A DNA stretch of 47,591 nt from an uncultured Gammaproteobacteria bacterium (GTDB lineage Bacteria; Patescibacteriota; Patescibacteriia; Magasanikbacterales; GWA2-37-8). A model generated the notes under the pieces. It ran no database searches, was not told the origin of the DNA, and was given only the letters and a program-made list of their open reading frames with translations. Below, one piece after another: positions 14,533-21,500 of the stretch; the first letter of the stretch is position 1, and every line of letters starts with the position of its first letter. The stretch is from positions 1-47,591 of the forward strand of contig CAZEYR010000003.1 of assembly GCA_964516735.1 (NCBI GenBank), in the 5' to 3' direction. The translations under genes and the position numbers were made by a program.

Positions 14533-17115
14533 ATGAGGGGTAAAATATTGGGACTGGCGACTTTGGGGATGGTCGGCAGTTTTTTTATTTATATTTTAGG
14601 AGCGGGGGCGGCACCTAATGACATTATAATCAATGAAATTGGGGCTTATGAGCCAACCGGATATGAATGGGTAGAGATCTGGAACAAAGGAACAGAGCCG
14701 GTAGACATAAAAGATTGGAAGTTTTATGAAAGTGACGGCCCAAACCACAAGAGTTTTGTCCTTAAAAGCGGTGTTGATTATCTTATAGATCAGGGAGAGT
14801 ATGCGGTAATTTGCCAAGACGATATTAAATTTTTAGCCAAATATTCCAATTTTAGTGGCACCTTATTAGACTCAGCGTGGAATGGGTTAAACGAAGCGGG
14901 TAAAGAAATCGGTCTAAACGATGCCAAGGGCAGCACAATTGAAAGATTTACTTATATTCCCGCTCCTAATTACTCTTTGCAAAGAAAAGATTCAAATTTT
15001 GTGGACTATACCAGTAATAATTGGCAAGAACATATTAGTGGGAATACAGTGGGGGCGATTAATGTGTTTGAGCAAACACCGTCAGATAGCGCAAATGATC
15101 AAGGTGGCATGGCTGACCAAGCCGAAGAGGTACTTAGTCAGCCGGTAGTGGAATCGGTAATAGAAAATGTGGAGCCGGTGGTGGAGTATAGAGACATTCA
15201 ATTAAATGAGATTGTAGTTAATCCTGAAGAAGGAAATGAGTGGGTGGAGTTGTATAATTTTGGTAATTTGGCCGCTGGTTTAAGTGGATGGTTGTTGTGT
15301 GATGCCAGAAATACCAATTCTACTTGTAAAAAAATAAATGGCGATATTGCCAAAGGAGAATGGTTAAAATTGGACTTGCACACCACTACTTATTTAAATA
15401 ATGATGGTGATAGTGTGATTTTAAAAAATCCATCTGGCACAGTGGTTGACCAAGTGGCTTACGATGAAGAAAAAATCGGATTGCCGGCTGCTGGGCAAAG
15501 TTTGGTTAGAAAAGAAAATGGCGGCTGGGCTATCTCCGAGACAATCACTCCGGGTGAGAAAAATATTATCACTGAAGAAGTGATAGGTGAAAATAATAAA
15601 GCAATTGCCGTTACTAGCACCGTAAAAACAATTAGCAAAACAAAAAATCAAATTGGCGATAAAAAAGACGAAGTAAATATCGTTTGGAAAGGAAAAATTC
15701 CAACACAGGGTGCGCCACAAGAAAAAATAACTTTTGATGTTTCTGCCTCGGCCGATCCGCGCGGCGGAAATATTTTTTATAACTGGGATTTTGGCGATGG
15801 GAGTAATTTGGATGGTGGGGTGGTAGAGCATGTTTTTGCTACTTCTGGTTTGTTTATGGTTAAGGTTACGGCCACCAGCACGGTTGGCACGGTAGACGAA
15901 AAAAGTTACAAAATTTCTATTGGAAAAGAATTAACAGTGAGTAATAATGGAGTGGTGATTACCGAAGTTTTACCCAATCCAAATGGAGATGACAGTGAGG
16001 AGTTTATTGAGCTATACAATAAAAGCAAGCAAACTATTGATGTCGCGGGTTGGTTGCTTAAATATGACGACAAGGATTATATTTTTCCAGAAAAAACCAT
16101 AATTCACGCTGATAGTTTTTTAATTTTTAAAAGAGCGGTTACTAAATTTAGTTTGAACAATCAGGGTGGAGAAATTGAACTTTTAACGCCGGATAAAAAT
16201 TTGGCGAATAAAATAGAATATGGTGTTGCTAAATCCGGACAGAGTCATAATTATTTTAATGAACAATTTTGGGTGAGTGAGCCAAACCCTAGAATTTTGT
16301 CGGTGTCAGTCGAGGCGGAATTTTTAAATGATAAAACAAGCAGCGGGGTAAACAAAGAATTTGCAGGGGCGAGTCAGACCGGCAGTTCATCCAAAACTTC
16401 CGGACAGTGGGTTAGGGTGACTGGGGTGGTGAGTGTGGTGCCAAAAATTTTTGGCACGCAGTATTTTTATATTTCTACTATGGATGATGCTTATCAGGTT
16501 TATCAATATAAAAAAGATTTTCCAGAATTAAAAAATGGCGATGAAATTTCGGTGCAAGGTAATTTGGGGTTAATCGGGCAAACGAAAAGAATAAAAATAA
16601 AAAGCCGGAATGATATAGACGTTTTGTCGACAGAAAACAATTTAGTGGCGGTAGAGATGACGCCGGAAGAAGTGGCGCAAGAGGAAACAATTTTGGGAAG
16701 TTTGGTGAAAATTAATGGGGAGATCACGGAGATTAAAAGCAATTATATGTATGTGGATGATGGGTCGGCAGAAATTGAGGTGTATTTCAAGCAAGGAGCG
16801 GAAATCGATAAGAAAAAATTTGCTGAGGGTCAGCTAGTAGAGGTGGTGGGAATAGTAGGAGAAAACAAAAATGAAAAACAAGTTTGGCCAAGATCTAACG
16901 AAGATGTGGTGGTAATGGGAGTGTCAGATGATTTATTAAAAAAACAAAATTTAAATAATGAGAATAAAGAGTTGCCAAAAAAGTATTTGGGAGTGGTGGG
17001 TGGTGGGGCGGCAATGATGCTTTTGGGATTTTTGGCTCGGGCGCGAGCAGGGATAATAAAAAACACCGCTCAAAAGGCGGCGATAATAATTGGTGGTTGG
17101 TTTAAGAAAAAATAA
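14533..17115 (+). CDS. cell-surface protein with three lamin-tail domains, a PKD domain, an OB-fold-like module and a C-terminal membrane anchor
   Basis: N-terminal signal/TM. Three segments fit the LTD pattern (I.INEI.......EWVE.YN....V.L.GW.L). The PKD-like stretch reads FDVSASADPRGG.IFYNWDFGDGS. A WVRVTGVV... segment resembles nuclease-associated OB folds. C-terminal hydrophobic helix plus KKK. Confidence 0.8.
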   Translation: MRGKILGLATLGMVGSFFIYILGAGAAPNDIIINEIGAYEPTGYEWVEIWNKGTEPVDIKDWKFYESDGPNHKSFVLKSGVDYLIDQGEYAVICQDDIKFLAKYSNFSGTLLDSAWNGLNEAGKEIGLNDAKGSTIERFTYIPAPNYSLQRKDSNFVDYTSNNWQEHISGNTVGAINVFEQTPSDSANDQGGMADQAEEVLSQPVVESVIENVEPVVEYRDIQLNEIVVNPEEGNEWVELYNFGNLAAGLSGWLLCDARNTNSTCKKINGDIAKGEWLKLDLHTTTYLNNDGDSVILKNPSGTVVDQVAYDEEKIGLPAAGQSLVRKENGGWAISETITPGEKNIITEEVIGENNKAIAVTSTVKTISKTKNQIGDKKDEVNIVWKGKIPTQGAPQEKITFDVSASADPRGGNIFYNWDFGDGSNLDGGVVEHVFATSGLFMVKVTATSTVGTVDEKSYKISIGKELTVSNNGVVITEVLPNPNGDDSEEFIELYNKSKQTIDVAGWLLKYDDKDYIFPEKTIIHADSFLIFKRAVTKFSLNNQGGEIELLTPDKNLANKIEYGVAKSGQSHNYFNEQFWVSEPNPRILSVSVEAEFLNDKTSSGVNKEFAGASQTGSSSKTSGQWVRVTGVVSVVPKIFGTQYFYISTMDDAYQVYQYKKDFPELKNGDEISVQGNLGLIGQTKRIKIKSRNDIDVLSTENNLVAVEMTPEEVAQEETILGSLVKINGEITEIKSNYMYVDDGSAEIEVYFKQGAEIDKKKFAEGQLVEVVGIVGENKNEKQVWPRSNEDVVVMGVSDDLLKKQNLNNENKELPKKYLGVVGGGAAMMLLGFLARARAGIIKNTAQKAAIIIGGWFKKK

Positions 17116-17124
17116 GGAAGGGGT

Positions 17125-17152
17125 GCCCGGGCGCGCAGGTGCGCGCCCGGGC
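17125..17152. repeat. perfect 12-bp inverted repeat, all G/C arms (GCCCGGGCGCGC aggt GCGCGCCCGGGC)
   Basis: Read directly. It lies between the LTD gene stop (17115) and the stop of the minus-strand GC-rich ORF (17176), so it is a probable transcription stop or stability hairpin. Confidence 0.6.
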
Positions 17153-17175
17153 GGGAGGTGAAGGATGTGGGGGTG

Positions 17176-17502
17176 CTAATCCTGGTCGCCCCCGAAGACC
17201 GCGTGGCAGAGGTTGGGGTGGGCGGCGAAGACATTGGAGAACTTCTTCGCTTGGGCCACCGTTGCCTTTTGGCGGAACTGGCCGAGGTCGAAGACCCCGA
17301 CCACACCCCGCGTGCCCCGGCTTTGGTGCAGGCCCGGGATGTCGTTTCCCATGGCCAGCCGGAGGGCGTCCACCCCGACGTAAATGTCCGGGATCAGGTG
17401 GCCCCGGATCAGAATCTGTGCTTCGTGGGTCCCCATCAGGAGACCCTTGATGGCACAGCTGTGCCGGGAGTCGGGGGGCTCTGAACGGCGCTTCTTTTTC
17501 AT
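17176..17502 (-). CDS. hypothetical 108-aa protein encoded in a high-GC block
   Basis: Of the six frames open across this block, only this one has a balanced amino-acid composition. GGAGG lies 5 nt upstream of the ATG at 17502, and third codon positions are strongly G/C. No family recognised. Confidence 0.5.
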   Translation of the reverse strand: MKKKRRSEPPDSRHSCAIKGLLMGTHEAQILIRGHLIPDIYVGVDALRLAMGNDIPGLHQSRGTRGVVGVFDLGQFRQKATVAQAKKFSNVFAAHPNLCHAVFGGDQD

Positions 17503-17552
17503 CGCTTCCTCCACGTTTAAGGTCGGCAAAAGCGCCAACCTTTTTCGGCAGA

Positions 17553-17581
17553 AGTATAGCTGTTCTTTTGAGTTTTGTCAA
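17553..17581 (-). promoter_or_regulatory. putative promoter of the GC-rich ORF
   Basis: Minus strand: TTGACA (rc of 17576-17581), 17 nt, TATACT (rc of 17553-17558), located in AT-rich DNA. Confidence 0.5.
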
Positions 17582-17639
17582 TTTTAAGCCTGAAAAAGGT
17601 TGATTTTTGTTTTTGCTTATGTTATTCTATAAAAAATTT

Positions 17640-17729
17640 GGAAGGGTGCGAGAGCGGTTTAATCGAACAGTCTTGAAAACTGTCGTCCATGCAAGTGGAC
17701 CGTGGGTTCGAATCCCACCCCTTCCGCCA
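17640..17729 (+). tRNA. tRNA-Ser (anticodon TGA), CCA encoded
   Basis: Acceptor GGAAGGG/CCCTTCC, anticodon stem ACAGT/ACTGT with loop CTTGAAA, long variable arm, T-arm GTGGG TTCGAAT CCCAC, discriminator G then CCA. Confidence 0.9.
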
Positions 17730-17912
17730 AGACAATTTATTATCGGCGCAGGCCCATATTCTTGGCTAAACATAGCTAAAATTACGGAGGACAAGGCGAC
17801 CCATATACCTAAAAATGTAAATAAGAACAACGACTTCACGGTCGCTGTTTTTATTTCTGCTATAAAAAGCAATTCTTTAGTAAAACTAATTTTTGAGATA
17901 TAATATAAACTA

Positions 17913-18107
17913 ATGAACTACCCTGATATAAAAAACAAGCTTTTATATTGGATCCCGAAAATTCTAGCAATATTGTTAGGGGTATTTTTTATTATTTTTG
18001 GCGAACATGACGACAGTCCTGGATTGCAAGGAATAGGACTTATTCTAATAATTGCCACTGTTGTTGTAATCAAGGGAAAGAGAAAAAATAAACGCTATGA
18101 TTTTTGA
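17913..18107 (+). CDS. small two-helix membrane protein (64 aa)
   Basis: Two hydrophobic helices separated by EHDDSPG, with a basic tail. TATAAT (17899-17904) lies 8 nt upstream of the ATG. The ORF overlaps the next ORF by 11 nt. Confidence 0.5.
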   Translation: MNYPDIKNKLLYWIPKILAILLGVFFIIFGEHDDSPGLQGIGLILIIATVVVIKGKRKNKRYDF

Positions 18108-18576
18108 ACACCAATCAAAAAATAAAACGGTTTTGCTATTTATCTCGCTGATTATTTTGGCGTTAGGTATTTTTGTAATTTTCTATACCCCGGTTATTTT
18201 CCAAGAAGGCAATCCTTGGCCTCAAATTAAAGGTATTGCCCGATTAGTTTTTAGTAATAAAGACGTTGTAAAATTGGATATCGGAGAAAACAAATATATT
18301 ACTAAAGGCGACAATCCAGAGCTTATTAAGTCTTTCATGAAAGAAAAAGGCTACGATTTTACGGAACAAATGGGTTCCGGTTATTTTTTTAAATCACCAA
18401 CAGGAACCAGCGCAGTTGCCACTCACAGATATTACAGCCGGTTTTATTCGCTTTGGACTATTACGGAAAACATCAACAATCCCGTTGTTTGTAATCCATC
18501 TGGTAGAGAAATTCAACAGGACGGTCAAACCGAAATGTGTTTGGTAGACAATCGATCATACTCTAAAATAGTTTAA
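18097..18576 (+). CDS. N-terminally anchored hypothetical protein (159 aa)
   Basis: One N-terminal TM helix followed by a soluble domain with no recognised motif. The ORF overlaps the upstream ORF and lies 20 nt upstream of the giant ORF. Confidence 0.5.
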   Translation: MIFEHQSKNKTVLLFISLIILALGIFVIFYTPVIFQEGNPWPQIKGIARLVFSNKDVVKLDIGENKYITKGDNPELIKSFMKEKGYDFTEQMGSGYFFKSPTGTSAVATHRYYSRFYSLWTITENINNPVVCNPSGREIQQDGQTEMCLVDNRSYSKIV

Positions 18577-18596
18577 TTTATTAATTTTGTATTTTT

Positions 18597-21500
18597 ATGC
18601 GTGAATTTTTTGGTGAAAAAGGTGGTCGTAAACAAATTAAGGCAGCCGTTATTGAAGAGCAAATGGAAAATAATAATACAGAAGGTGAAATTAAAGCCCT
18701 AAGTCAGATACAAGAATTTTTTAATTCTTCTTCATATGAATACGATACAGACTACGATGATTATTATTTTAATATGAGAGATGTGATGAAAGGTCTTATT
18801 GAGTCTCACAAAATTGATCAAACTATTTTTCGTAGACCCGAAGCCCAAGAATTAGTAGACAATTATTGTTTGAGCCGGCTTCAATATCCTGAGTCGTTTC
18901 CCTTTCATGATTTAGCAGGTTTGTTTGAGGTTATCGGTTATAAACCAGACTTTAAACTCTCAAAATTTAAACCATTTATTGAAAGGATGTATAAAGATAA
19001 TTTATCGAAAAATTTTTTGAGTGGTGCCACCCAAGCAATTGCTTTTTTTGATGTCTTGCCTAAATTACCTCCAAAGTATATGGAAGGTCTGATCAAAAAA
19101 GTATTAAATCCATACTCAGAATATCAAGTGCACTGTAGAGATAGCAGGGAGGATGACGGTTTTTTTGAGTACCCCAATAAATTATCAAGCACATTGGATA
19201 TCTTAGAAAATTTTGTCCATAGTGTTTGTGCCGAAAAAGTGGATTTTACAAAATACAAAATAGAATTAAAAAATAGGTATATTGCAGAAATAAAAAATTA
19301 TAATGGAAATGACGAGATCTCCTTTATCACAGAACATACCGGCGTTAATATTGATTGGAAAGACCCAGATTTTGTAGCTGCCGTACAACAAAGTTATTTT
19401 ATATTGATGCGAGAGGATCGAGCCGAGTGGATTATAGATTTATTTGAACTGTCTGGTATTAATCCAGTTCTTCCAAATGTAGAAGATGAAATTTTTGTGA
19501 GAGCTGTTGCTCGTATGTCCGAAGATAAACAGAAAAAACTTTTGGATATCGTATTACCCGAAAATAATAAAAGGTCTGAATATCTCGCACAACGAGTAAA
19601 AAAACAAAATATTATAAACACGGTATTGTCTTGTAGTAATCCGGAGTGGTTGTCACGCTTTTTAGAAAAATTGATTGACAGCGGAGAGATGCCGTTGGAG
19701 AAATTAAATTTTTTACGAAAAAATAAAGAAGCTAAGCGTCACATTCAATCCATCTATGTTAATATTATTTTTATTAGCTTTCAGTATAACTCGAGTGCAA
19801 CAACAAGAGAAAATCTTTTACGATTTAAAAAGTTAACAGGGATATCATGGGAAGATGCTGATTTCTTTGATGTGAGCGAAAGTGAAGTTAAAGAAATTTT
19901 TAGTGGCATAAGCAGGATAGGACAATCGGACTATCATGCAGAGATGGCACAGAAGGCCCTAAACAGGATGGAAGAGCTTTTGAGTGGTTTTGATTACAAA
20001 CGAGTCTCCAACGAAATTCAGCAAGCCTATGCAAGTTTGTTGTTTGTTTATAATAAATACAACCGTGAAGAAATAGGTGGAAAGGAAATTGCGGAAAAGA
20101 TACAAAAGATTACCGGAATTAAACCAGATTCGCGACAAAAGGCTTTTAAAACTAAGTTTTTGGAAGAATCTGTTAAGACCATTGAGCGTCTTAATTTACA
20201 GAGCACAGAAGAAGGAATAAAAAGATTGGTTGCTATTGCCAAGAATGTTGGGGTTGATTTACCGTGGCGGGGTGAATTATCGAAGCCATTGGCCATCTTG
20301 TATGAGAGGTGTATTTTTCAGATAGAACATAGTGATTATAACGACAATGTCATAAAAGTATTAAGTTTCCTTATAAGTACTACCGGTGTTGATTTTCCAA
20401 AAACACCAGCAATGGAGCAAAATTTGAAGGACGTTTATAAAAAATATTATAAAAAAGGGCTAATAACTAATATAAAAGAATTAATTAAAATTACCAATAT
20501 ACAGCCTGTTTTTACAGCCTCGGAAAGTGAGGATATATATTTGTTTTGGATCCAAAAGGACAGTTTAGAAAAATTTGATGAATTTAAATTTGCGGGATTG
20601 TTATCAAGACACCCGGATTTTCAAGGTCCGTTAAAGAAAAAAATTATAGATAAAGTGTTTAAGACTGTAGGAATGCACAACGCAAAACAAAAGATTGCTG
20701 AACTTTCTAAAACAACCGGTATAGATTTTGATTTTCAAAAAGAATTACGCCCGCTTGTTTTGGATGAATTCTTTCGTTACATGGCAGACCATAGGGATAT
20801 TCAGTATCTTGTTGAAGTCTTTGGTTTTAAACCAGATTTTAAGGCGGAGTGTTATCAACGGACACAAGAATTGTTTGCGAGTATAGGGTTCAGAAAAATT
20901 GGCGAAATTAGTCATGTTGTAGGTGTGACGGGGATAGAACCGGATTTTTCTCTCCCCATCTTACTAAATAAATTGAAAGAACAATATGGGGTGATAATTG
21001 AGAATGGCGAATTTCACAATTTGAGGAAATTGGTTCTTTTATCCAAAATAGAACCAGATATTGTTAGGGAGTTTCGCCCTTTTTTGATCCGTAGATTGCT
21101 GACATACTTTTCGTCTCTTATTGTATCATATTCTGATCCGGTAAAAGGTTTGAGCAAAGAGCTTGAAGCATATCCTGCAGTAAAAATAAATTTTATTACA
21201 GAATTGCCCGAGGCGGTTGGTGGCGTCTATAAAAAGTGTTTGAGAGGGGCAAGGTTAGATTATGTCGATGGGCTGGAGGCTTTCACACATGTTATTCCTG
21301 ATTACAACGCGTGTAGGGAAGATGTGTTGGCCGGCTATGATAATTGTTTGAAAAATTTTTATAACTCAGAAGAATGGCGTGAAAGATTTTCTGAACTCCA
21401 AAAAAGAACAAATATAGAACCGTCATTTACAGAGATAGGCAAAGTGTTTATTCCGTTTATTAGAGATTGTAAAAATAATAATTTTACACAGGCAGAAAGC

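Noticed and set aside
14533-17115. Diversity-generating retroelement target (CPR surface proteins are frequent DGR targets)
   Set aside because: The window contains no reverse transcriptase ORF, and I could not see a template/variable repeat pair by eye. This would need a computational repeat search to exclude fully.
17102-17587. ORFs of 67-159 aa in the track across the high-GC block (17102..17581-, 17139..17450+, 17158..17484+, 17070..17306-, 17384..17587+)
   Set aside because: These are open only because stop codons are rare in GC-rich DNA. Their translations are Pro/Arg/Gly-rich, wrong-frame-like sequences. Only the 17176..17502 minus frame has a plausible composition plus an SD and start.
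17607-17903. ORFs overlapping tRNA genes (17607..17903+, 17627..17872-, 24377..24571+, 24382..24567-, 34348..34530-, 34469..34954-)
   Set aside because: They run through well-folded tRNA genes and have no start context, so they are spurious.
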